Positions 8,690-16,501 of a stretch of 58,644 nt of DNA are shown here, piece by piece. Position 1 is the stretch's first letter. Every line of letters starts with the position of its first letter. This stretch comes from a virus (Duplodnaviria; Caudoviricetes), in IMG/VR virus record IMGVR_UViG_3300006917_000003, positions 1 to 58,644 of that record, one strand, 5' to 3'. The position numbers and the translations under genes were made by a program. The notes below the pieces were generated by a model. It saw nothing but the letters and a program-made list of their open reading frames with translations. It was not told where the DNA came from and ran no database searches.

Positions 8690-9363
8690 TTCGGCGTGCT
8701 CGATCCCCGCGAACAGCCCGCCCCGAGGCGGCAGCGGTGGCGGGGAGTGAACACCGCAGGCTCGACCAGTTCAGCCGCCAGCGCCCGCTTCTTGCCGTCC
8801 ACAATCGAGTACGGCAGCCAGTAGAACTGCAACGGGTTGGAGATCTCGTCCACCCGCTCAAGCCCGCCGTCGCGCAAGCACTGCCGGAAGTCCTTGCACC
8901 ACCGTGCGTACTCTTCAACCTCCATCGTGTGCGGCAGCGCAACGACCACGCGCATCCCACGCGGGGTGTCGTAGATCAGCGAGCCGGGGGCGATGAACCT
9001 CGCTTTGGCCCACATCTCGTCACGCCACTGCTGCGGCACCTTGTTCTTCTTGTTGCGGTGGGCGTCGGGGTTGTCCACGTCGGCCACGGCCACGTCGAAC
9101 ACCAGCCGCAGCCCGTAGTCCGCGAGCCTGCCAAGCGCGTCCGAGTCCAACCACGGGCACCTGTCCACGTCCGCGCCGCTTGCGTCCACCAGCCGGTAGG
9201 GCACGAAGAACGCGGGCGAGGCGTACTCCGTGCTCGCTGCCTCGACCAGCGGCATCGTGCGGTAGCTGACGACCTGACTTCCCGGCTTGCCGTCCCACGC
9301 AGTCTGACCCGCGACCAGACCGTTGGGCTTGACTGTGACCTTCACCATCTTGCCATCCTTCAC
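8629..9363 (-). CDS. Probable primase/primpol N-terminal domain, apparently frameshifted from the helicase ORF
   Basis: VADVD and YDTPRGMRVV resemble AEP-like motifs; a -1 shift at about 8743 joins it to 7061..8689 through a Pro-rich linker. Confidence 0.6.
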   Translation of the reverse strand: MKDGKMVKVTVKPNGLVAGQTAWDGKPGSQVVSYRTMPLVEAASTEYASPAFFVPYRLVDASGADVDRCPWLDSDALGRLADYGLRLVFDVAVADVDNPDAHRNKKNKVPQQWRDEMWAKARFIAPGSLIYDTPRGMRVVVALPHTMEVEEYARWCKDFRQCLRDGGLERVDEISNPLQFYWLPYSIVDGKKRALAAELVEPAVFTPRHRCRLGAGCSRGSSTPKCSCPTSRLSAWGRVSGTRN

Positions 9364-9396
9364 TGGCCTTGCCAGCCTTGTAGAACGCGGTCAACC

Positions 9397-9654
9397 TTAC
9401 TTGTCGTCTGGCGGCGTCAAGGTGTCGCTAGGAGCACCAAGCGGCTCCACCAGCGACCGCCCACCCGACACGAACGACCGCGCCGAGATCTCACCCTTGG
9501 ACAGCACCTCCAGCTTGGCCAGCGCCTCCGCGCTGGGGCGGCTATCCCCCTGTTTCCAAGCGTAGATCGTCTGACGAGACACCCCCAGCAAGTCGGCCAG
9601 TTCGTTGGTCTTCCAGCCGGTCACCTGCATCCACTTGCGAAAGAACCCACTCAT
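9397..9654 (-). CDS. XRE/Cro-family HTH transcriptional regulator
   Basis: ELADLLGVSRQTIYAWKQGDSRP; GGAGGT RBS. Confidence 0.88.
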   Translation of the reverse strand: MSGFFRKWMQVTGWKTNELADLLGVSRQTIYAWKQGDSRPSAEALAKLEVLSKGEISARSFVSGGRSLVEPLGAPSDTLTPPDDK

Positions 9655-9675
9655 GCGATCACCTCCGAGGCGCGG

Positions 9676-9739
9676 ACTCTAGCCGCCGGTCTGGGCGGCG
9701 TCAAGATCTCTTGACACTTTCGGCCCACCGGCCTATGCT
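9676..9739. promoter_or_regulatory. Back-to-back divergent sigma70-type promoters
   Basis: Plus: TTGACA(9711)-N17-TATGCT, 6 nt before ATG 9746 (near-leaderless). Minus: TTGACG(9704)-N17-TAGAGT toward the HTH gene. Confidence 0.7.
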
Positions 9740-9745
9740 GCGGCC

Positions 9746-11179
9746 ATGAACTTGAAGCCCCTGCGACATGTCAGCGCGAGCCAGATCAAGACCTTCTCCC
9801 AGTGCGCCCGCAAGCACTTCTACGAGAAGATCATGGGCATCGAGGTGCCGGTCAGCGCAGGCGCACAGTTCGGCACGCGGGGCCACACGGCAGTTGAGAC
9901 GCGCATCCAGACCGGGGCGTGGCCGACTGACGACCCCGAGGCCGTGCAGCGTGCCATGGCGGGCTGGAAGTTCGTACCCCAGAACACCAAGCTGCTGGTC
10001 GAAGAAGAGATGCAGCTAGACGACGCGGCTCTGCCGGTCATCGGGCGCGTGGACTTGGTTGCACCGCACGCGAGCGTCATCCTCGACCACAAGTTCATGT
10101 CGAGCTTTCGCTACGCCAAGACGCCAGCGCAGTTGCGCGTAGACCCGCAGGCGATCCTCTACTCGACGTGGGGCTTGCGGGCGGGCTACCTGCGCCCCCG
10201 GGAGATCACCTTCCGGCACATCACCTACCTGACGCGAGGCAACCCCGACGCGCAGACCTCGCAGGTGCAGTTCGAGATTCGCGAATTGCAAATGGCCTAC
10301 GACGGCCTGCGGGGTGTGATCGACCGCATGGTTGAGGCGAGCCACAAGGACGACCCCCGCGCCGTGCAAGGTGCGATGGAGTCGAGCGACCCATCGCCCT
10401 GCGAGGCGTATGGAGGCTGCCCCCACAAGGGCAGGTGTTTGGCGCTCACAGGCAAGGGCCTGTGGGGGCAGTTGGGAGTGACGGACAAGGCAAAGGAGAA
10501 GGAGACTGCGATGAACCTGTTGGACAAGTTGAAGAGCCGCAAGGCCACACCGGCCCCCATGTTGGAGGCGCTGCCGCTCGACTACGGGGCGGTCAACCCC
10601 CCAGACGGCACCGACGAGGCTCCCACGCCGGTCGAGAAGCCCAAGAAGACCAAGGCCGCGACCAAGCCCGCCCCGGGCATGGACTTGCAGGCCGAGTTGG
10701 CCATGGAGTTCTTGCCTGTGGTCAAGGTGGGCGAGGGCCAGAACGGCAAGCGCACGGTGGGCGTCGTTGCAGCGGTCAACGACGCACTGGCGTCGATGGG
10801 CAGCGTCGAGGCTGCGCCCGACTTGAGCTTCCCGCCCAGCGATGCCGAGATGTCCGAGTTTCGCGCCAAGGAGACGCGGCGGCAGGCCAACGCCAGTACG
10901 CTGTTCATCGGGTGTCTGCCCAGCGGCGAGGGCTACGACCACCTCGACAACTGGCTCGCCCCCCTGCTCGCGCAGGCTGCCGAGACGATGGGCGTTGACC
11001 ACTACACCCAAGCCGACTTCGGCAAGGGCAAGGCGGCGCTCTTGGCGCTGATCGTCCACAAGGCCAAGTCGGGCGACCTGCCGACTGCGATGGTGGTTGA
11101 TCCCCGCTCGCCGTCTGCGGACTTGGCGGTCGAGATCTTGCGTCCCCACTACGGGCGCGTCATCCAGCGGTTCAGCTAG
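9746..11179 (+). CDS. PD-(D/E)XK (RecB/Cas4-like) exonuclease with long C-terminal extension
   Basis: SASQI..F.QC.RK, GT.GH, GRVDL...ILDHK, QAILY, C..YGGCP...C. Confidence 0.85.
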   Translation: MNLKPLRHVSASQIKTFSQCARKHFYEKIMGIEVPVSAGAQFGTRGHTAVETRIQTGAWPTDDPEAVQRAMAGWKFVPQNTKLLVEEEMQLDDAALPVIGRVDLVAPHASVILDHKFMSSFRYAKTPAQLRVDPQAILYSTWGLRAGYLRPREITFRHITYLTRGNPDAQTSQVQFEIRELQMAYDGLRGVIDRMVEASHKDDPRAVQGAMESSDPSPCEAYGGCPHKGRCLALTGKGLWGQLGVTDKAKEKETAMNLLDKLKSRKATPAPMLEALPLDYGAVNPPDGTDEAPTPVEKPKKTKAATKPAPGMDLQAELAMEFLPVVKVGEGQNGKRTVGVVAAVNDALASMGSVEAAPDLSFPPSDAEMSEFRAKETRRQANASTLFIGCLPSGEGYDHLDNWLAPLLAQAAETMGVDHYTQADFGKGKAALLALIVHKAKSGDLPTAMVVDPRSPSADLAVEILRPHYGRVIQRFS

Positions 11180-11188
11180 GAGGCCAGC

Positions 11189-11521
11189 ATGACACGGGAA
11201 GAACTGAAGAGCGTGCTGCAACAAGGCTTGGCCGAGATTGAAGCAGGGAGCGCAGGTGAGCTTGCTGCTGCCCGCAACGAGGTCAAACGGTGGAAGGACG
11301 AGTGGCAGTCGCTCATGGGGTACGTCAGCAACATCCGCGAGTCGCGCATCTGGGCAGACCAAGCCTACTTCAAGGCCAAACAGGAGGCCAGCGACTTGGC
11401 CAAGCGTGCGGAAGAGCTTGAGCGCGAGAACGGTCAGCTTCGCGAGTTGATCGGTGCAAACACCATTCAGATCGCACTGCTTGAGCGCAAGGTTGAGCGT
11501 TTGACCAAGGGGGCAGCGTGA
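11189..11521 (+). CDS. Hypothetical coiled-coil protein
   Basis: GGAGG RBS; heptad-like pattern; coupled to the next gene. Confidence 0.7.
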   Translation: MTREELKSVLQQGLAEIEAGSAGELAAARNEVKRWKDEWQSLMGYVSNIRESRIWADQAYFKAKQEASDLAKRAEELERENGQLRELIGANTIQIALLERKVERLTKGAA

Positions 11522-11712
11522 GCGTGTATTACCCGAGTGCAGAGGCAACGTGCGACCGTTGCGGCCACACCGAGTCGATTGACGGCGACAGCATCGGCTC
11601 TGGCCACTACATGTTCCCCACGCTCGACGAGATCGGCTGGGGTTGGGGCGAGGAGGGCGACCTGTGCCCCGAGTGCTTGGATGGAGGCAACAAGGGCGAG
11701 GCCGAGCCATGA
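11518..11712 (+). CDS. Small Zn-finger protein
   Basis: CDRC...GW....DLCPEC; overlapping GTGA and ATGA junctions. Confidence 0.7.
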   Translation: MSVYYPSAEATCDRCGHTESIDGDSIGSGHYMFPTLDEIGWGWGEEGDLCPECLDGGNKGEAEP

Positions 11713-12176
11713 CGGGCCGGAACTACTCACCAGAGCACTACCTGCTCGCGGCTGACCTCTTGCCCCACGCCAAGGAGGAGGTCGCCCGAGTGTCGTGGCA
11801 CGACCTTGAGGAGTCGCTGGAGCGCCACGCACACGGGCGCATCCCGCTTGCCTGTGCGGACACGCGGCGGGAGCTTGCCTTCGCTCGTGAGGTGGGGATG
11901 TTTCCTGAAGACGGGGTTGAGGAGCGGGTGTGCGCTATTGAACTGTCCAAGATTGTCGCAAAGTTGCTTGCCGACTTGCATCCCCGAGAGGAGAAGGTGC
12001 TGCGGATGCGCTTTGGGTTCGATGGCGGGGACGGTGCCACGCTGGAAGCTGTTGGCAAGCGTTTCGGCCTTCACAAGACGCGCATCCGGCAGATTGAGGC
12101 CAAGGCGATCCTCAAGCTGCGCCACACTTCGCGAGCCAGACTGCTCAAGCCGCACACCGAGTGGGGTGACCTGTGA
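11709..12176 (+). CDS. Stand-alone sigma70 region-4 domain protein
   Basis: LHPREEKVLRMRFG...TLEAVGKRFGLHKTRIRQIEAKAILKLRH matches RpoD region 4; start revised to ATG 11709. Confidence 0.88.
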   Translation: MTGRNYSPEHYLLAADLLPHAKEEVARVSWHDLEESLERHAHGRIPLACADTRRELAFAREVGMFPEDGVEERVCAIELSKIVAKLLADLHPREEKVLRMRFGFDGGDGATLEAVGKRFGLHKTRIRQIEAKAILKLRHTSRARLLKPHTEWGDL

Positions 12177-12349
12177 GCCAGACCAAGCGGTACTTGGAAG
12201 ACCACCCGTACATGGAGCCGTGCTGGTGGGAGCACTGGTGCCCCCACTGCGGGCACACCCATGTGTGCTGCGGGCTGCCGTGTGAGGACTGCATCGAGAC
12301 GGACGAGGAGGTGGAGCGTGAACCTGTGGGAGAGGCTGGCGGCGCGTAA
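12173..12349 (+). CDS. Small Cys/His-rich protein (58 aa, below the ORF-track cutoff)
   Basis: GTG start overlaps the upstream stop; ...WCPHCGHTHVCCGLPCEDC...; TAA 12347-12349. Confidence 0.55.
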   Translation: MSQTKRYLEDHPYMEPCWWEHWCPHCGHTHVCCGLPCEDCIETDEEVEREPVGEAGGA

Positions 12350-14069
12350 GCAGCCGCACCAAGGCTTGGTCGTGTGGCGCGGGGGAGAGCCGGAAGCAGG
12401 CAACGAGATGCACCGCATCATCGGCCTGCCCACGGTCGAGCCTACGCCGTGGGACGGTAGCAGTGTCCGCAAGTCGGCGGGCATCGACCTGCGCCCCTTG
12501 CAGCAGCAGGCGCTTGGGGCGATCCATGAGGCCAAGGGCGGGTTCTTCCCGCTCGCAGTCGGCGCGGGCAAGACCTACGTCAGCGTGCTGGCGGGTGCGG
12601 CCTTGGGCTGTGACTTGGCGATTCTCTTGGTGCCGCCGCGCACCGTGCAGCAGACCTACGACGCACTGGCCAAGGCAGACGGCTGCTTCCGGCTGCCGCG
12701 TACCGAGGTCGTGCCCTACAGCATCCTCAGCCGCCCCGAGGCGAGCGACCTGCTGGAGCGGTTGATCAGCGGCTACGCCCCCGAGCGGGTGGTCATCGTG
12801 GCAGACGAGGCCCACAACTTGAAGCGGTTCACCAGCGCCCGCACCAAGCGGGTCGTGCGCTTCTTCGACGCCCACCCGGGCGTGCGCTTCGTCGCCATGA
12901 GCGGGACGCTGACCAGCCGGTCGATCAAGGACTTCGCTCACCTTGCCGAGTGGGCGCTGGGCGAGGGGTCGCCCGTGCCGCGCATGAGCCACCCGCATGG
13001 ACGGACAGCCCTCGCACACTGGTCAAGCTGCATCGACAGCGAAGGCAGGCCCGGGACGCTTGAGTGGACATGGTGCGAGCCGCTGTGGCGCTGGGCGGGC
13101 ATGGAGCCAGCCAACATCCTCATGGCGCACTACACCGACCGCCGCGAGGGAGTACGCAAGGCGCTGGCGCGGCGCATCGCCACAGCCCCCGGGGTGGTGT
13201 CCACGACCGAGTCGAGCTTGGGCACTGCGCTCTACATCGAGCGGTGGACGAGCTTGAAGACGCCCAGCGAGATCACTGCTGCGATGTCCGACGTGGAGGA
13301 CACCCAGTGCAGGCCAGACGGCGAGGCGCTGGAGTCGCCGGTCGAGCAGTGGCGCGTGCAGCGGCAGTTGTCCTTGGGCTTCTACTACCGCTGGGTCTGG
13401 CCCAACGGCGAGCCTGACGTGGAGTGGCTGGTCGCACGCTCCGACTGGAACAAGGCCGTGCGCCAGCAGCTAGACCGGCACGCGGGCGAAGGCTACGACA
13501 GCCCCCTGCTGGTGTTCAACCGCACGGCCCGCGAACACGCCGCAGGCCAGCGCCGCGCCATTCACCGCGCTTGGGAAGAGTGGTGCCGAGTCAAAGACCG
13601 GCCCACGCCCCCGACCGAGGCCGTCTGGGTGTCACGCAAGGTCGTTGACACAGTAAGTGCAGAAGTGCTACACTCCAAGGAACCCGTGCTGGTCTGGTAC
13701 TCAGACGACGCGGTGGCGACTGCGCTCGCGCAGTGCGGGATGGAGGTCGTGCCAGCGGGCAAGCCAGTCCCTGTGGACAGGCCGCGCACGCTGGCGGTGT
13801 CGGTGCGGAGCCACGGGACAGGGTTGAACCTGCAACCGTGGGCGCACAACCTGATCTTGACGCCAGACCAGAGCGGTCTGGTGTGGGAGCAACTGCTTGG
13901 CCGGACGCACCGGCCCGGGCAGGAGGCAGACGAAGTGTGGGCGACCGTGCTGGCGCACACCTTTGCCTTCCGTGACGCCTTGGCAGCCGCCAAGGTGAAC
14001 GCGGAGTACATCCAGCACACCACGGGTCAAAAGCAGAAGCTGCTGCTGGCGACCCACCTTGAGAAGTGA
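12318..14069 (+). CDS. SNF2-like/SF2 helicase
   Basis: LRPLQ, VGAGKT, DEAH, MSGT, GTGLNLQ, EQLLGRTHRPGQ; start revised to GTG 12318 after GAGGAGG. Confidence 0.9.
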   Translation: MNLWERLAARKQPHQGLVVWRGGEPEAGNEMHRIIGLPTVEPTPWDGSSVRKSAGIDLRPLQQQALGAIHEAKGGFFPLAVGAGKTYVSVLAGAALGCDLAILLVPPRTVQQTYDALAKADGCFRLPRTEVVPYSILSRPEASDLLERLISGYAPERVVIVADEAHNLKRFTSARTKRVVRFFDAHPGVRFVAMSGTLTSRSIKDFAHLAEWALGEGSPVPRMSHPHGRTALAHWSSCIDSEGRPGTLEWTWCEPLWRWAGMEPANILMAHYTDRREGVRKALARRIATAPGVVSTTESSLGTALYIERWTSLKTPSEITAAMSDVEDTQCRPDGEALESPVEQWRVQRQLSLGFYYRWVWPNGEPDVEWLVARSDWNKAVRQQLDRHAGEGYDSPLLVFNRTAREHAAGQRRAIHRAWEEWCRVKDRPTPPTEAVWVSRKVVDTVSAEVLHSKEPVLVWYSDDAVATALAQCGMEVVPAGKPVPVDRPRTLAVSVRSHGTGLNLQPWAHNLILTPDQSGLVWEQLLGRTHRPGQEADEVWATVLAHTFAFRDALAAAKVNAEYIQHTTGQKQKLLLATHLEK

Positions 14070-14082
14070 GAAGGAGGACAAG

Positions 14083-14541
14083 ATGGGTCTTTTCAGTGGG
14101 ATTGAGAACGCGGAGAGCTACAAGCAGGGTCGCTACCTCGACCCGGGCAAGTACACGCTGAAGGTGACCGGCATCACGCTGGTGGACAGCAAGAAGGAGC
14201 GTGGCCGCAAGTTCTTCGTCGTCGAGGCCGAGGTCGTGAAGTCGAGCAACGAGGACTTCCGCGAGGGCGACGGCGTGACTTGGATGGTCGATGTGACCCC
14301 CAAGCTGGTCGATGGCGGGCTGGAGATCGCCCCCACGGCCAAGGCCAACTGCTCGCAGTTCGCCTGCGCGGTGCTGGATTGCAGCCCTCGCGAGGTCAAC
14401 GAAGAGGTCATGGACAAGCTGCTGGGGCCTGAGCAGCCTGCGAGCGGCGTGCTGGTGAAGGCTGAGGCTTTCGTCATCCAGACCAAGGCGGGCAACGACT
14501 TCACCAAGGTGCAGTGGAGCGCGATCCCGGTCGCGAGCTAG
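14083..14541 (+). CDS. Probable single-stranded DNA-binding protein (OB-like)
   Basis: AAGGAGG RBS; PGKY.LKV beta pattern; located between helicase and polymerase. Confidence 0.6.
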   Translation: MGLFSGIENAESYKQGRYLDPGKYTLKVTGITLVDSKKERGRKFFVVEAEVVKSSNEDFREGDGVTWMVDVTPKLVDGGLEIAPTAKANCSQFACAVLDCSPREVNEEVMDKLLGPEQPASGVLVKAEAFVIQTKAGNDFTKVQWSAIPVAS

Positions 14542-14561
14542 AGCAAGTCGAGAGGGCCAAG

Positions 14562-14599
14562 GGCAGGGCAGCGCGGGGCGACCTCCGCGCTGCCCTGCT
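14562..14599 (+). terminator. Stem-loop after the SSB gene
   Basis: gcagggcagcgcgg...ccgcgctgccctgc inverted repeat. Confidence 0.45.
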
Positions 14600-14616
14600 C
14601 GCTGCGGAGGTGCGTC

Positions 14617-16455
14617 TTGCGTTGGTTTGCACTTGATCTTGAGACTTGGCTGATCTCCCCGGGCAACCTTGCCCCGCACCCCGTGTCGATCGCATGGGCC
14701 GACGTGGAGACGCCGCAAGCGGTCACGATCTGCAAGTGGGATGCTCCGTCTATCGAGAGGCACTTGCGCGACGTGCTGGTTTGCGGCGTCGTCGGGCACC
14801 ACGTCGCGTTCGACCTTGGCGTGATCGCCCAGTGGTATCCCAGCCTGCGCCCGCTCGTCTGGCAAGCCTACGACGAGGGGCGGGTGCGGGATACCAAGCT
14901 GGCCTGTCAGTTGGCCGACGTAGCATCTGGCGAGCCGTTGGGCAAGTACGACCTCGCGACGTGTTGCCAGCGCCTGTTGGGCGTGACGGTCACCGGCAAG
15001 CATGGCCCCGACGTGTGGCGCTTGCGCTACCGTGAACTGACCGACGTGCCGCTTGACCAGTGGCCCGCCGCCGCCCGCAACTACGCCGAGGCTGACGTGA
15101 CGCACACCGCTGAACTGTGGCGCAAAGTGCGAACCCATCCTCAAGATGTGAACTTCGATTCAACTGTGGAGTTTCACACCCGTGCTGGGTGGGCGCTCCA
15201 CTTGTCGGGTGCGTGGGGCTTGCGTACTGACCCCGAGGCGGTCGAGACGCTGGGCGTGCGGCTGGAGCAGCAGGTGCAGGCTTGCACCGACGCGCTGGCA
15301 GCGCACGGCGTCTTGCGGCGCGACGGCACCCGCGACCAGACGCTGGTGGCCAAGCTGGTCGAGGACGACTACAAGGCCCGAGGCGCGGCAGTGCCCAAGA
15401 CGCCCACAGGCCGCACCAAGACCGACACCGACGCGCTTGGCCCCTGCACGCACCCTGCGCTGGTGGCACTGCGGGAGTCGAGCAAGGCCCGCACCTTGAG
15501 CGGCACGTTCCTGCCGGTGCTCAAGAGCGGCACCAAACTGCCGATCAACCCCAACTACACGGTCGTGCGCGAGTCGGGCCGCACAAGCTGCTCCAACCCC
15601 AACATCCAGAACCTGCCCCGGGACGGCGGCGTGCGCGAGGCGTTCGTCGCCCGCAAGGGGTACGTTTACGCCTGCGCCGACTTCCATGTGGCCGAGTTGG
15701 TGTGCTTGGCCCAAGTGTGCCTCAAGCTGTTCGGGCGCAGCAGCATGGCCGACGCGCTGCGGGCGGGCATGGATCTGCACCTCACCACGGCGTCCAAGAT
15801 CTTGGGCCGCGAGTACGAGGAGACGGTCGCGCTTTACAAGGCGGGCGACAAGAAGGCCAAGGAGGCTCGCCAACTGGCCAAGGCGATGAACTTTGGCGTC
15901 CCGGGCGGCATGGCTGCGCCCAAGCTCCGCGAGTATCTGGAGGGCTACGGCATCCACCTGAGCGAAGCTGACGTGAAGAGCCTGCGCGACGGCTGGCTTG
16001 CGCTCTACCCTGAGATGGGCGAGTACTTCCGGCACCTGAAGGGGCTGGCTCGCGCCCGCGAGTTCAAGATCGTACACCCGCTGACCGGCTTCGTGCGTGG
16101 CGGCTGCGAGTACACCAGCGGGGCCAACCACTACTTCCAGCACCTGTGTGCTCAAGTGGCCAAGCAGGCGCTCTGGGACGTGTCGGTCGAGTGCTACACC
16201 GTGCCCGAGTCGGCGCTGTACGGCAGCCGCATCGTGGCGTTCGTCCACGATGAGATCATCTTGGAGTCGCCCGAGCACAAGGCTCCCGAGGCCGCAGAAC
16301 TGCTGGCCAAGCTCATGCAGTGGGCATCGCACACATGGATGCCCGACCTGCCGCTGCACGCCGAGGCACACCTCATGCGCCGCTGGTACAAGGCGGCGGG
16401 GCCTGTGCGCGACGAGCGTGGGCGACTAGTACCGTGGGAGCCAAAAGCGGTGTAG
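14617..16455 (+). CDS. polA: Family A DNA polymerase (3'-5' exonuclease plus polymerase)
   Basis: Exo motifs DLET, H..AFD, YAEAD; SGRTS..PNIQNLP; motif A ADF..AEL; motif B RQLAKAMNFG; motif C VHDEI. Confidence 0.93.
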   Translation: MRWFALDLETWLISPGNLAPHPVSIAWADVETPQAVTICKWDAPSIERHLRDVLVCGVVGHHVAFDLGVIAQWYPSLRPLVWQAYDEGRVRDTKLACQLADVASGEPLGKYDLATCCQRLLGVTVTGKHGPDVWRLRYRELTDVPLDQWPAAARNYAEADVTHTAELWRKVRTHPQDVNFDSTVEFHTRAGWALHLSGAWGLRTDPEAVETLGVRLEQQVQACTDALAAHGVLRRDGTRDQTLVAKLVEDDYKARGAAVPKTPTGRTKTDTDALGPCTHPALVALRESSKARTLSGTFLPVLKSGTKLPINPNYTVVRESGRTSCSNPNIQNLPRDGGVREAFVARKGYVYACADFHVAELVCLAQVCLKLFGRSSMADALRAGMDLHLTTASKILGREYEETVALYKAGDKKAKEARQLAKAMNFGVPGGMAAPKLREYLEGYGIHLSEADVKSLRDGWLALYPEMGEYFRHLKGLARAREFKIVHPLTGFVRGGCEYTSGANHYFQHLCAQVAKQALWDVSVECYTVPESALYGSRIVAFVHDEIILESPEHKAPEAAELLAKLMQWASHTWMPDLPLHAEAHLMRRWYKAAGPVRDERGRLVPWEPKAV

Positions 16456-16501
16456 CCTTGCACGCCTGTCCGTGTATGATTGCGGGCAGGTGAGGTCGAG
16501 C

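Noticed and set aside
7181-8824. 547-aa plus-strand ORF
   Set aside because: Antisense shadow of the D5 helicase.
9746-10460. Cas4 as evidence of a CRISPR-Cas system
   Set aside because: Stand-alone PD-(D/E)XK nucleases are routine in phage replication modules; no cas1/cas2 or array.
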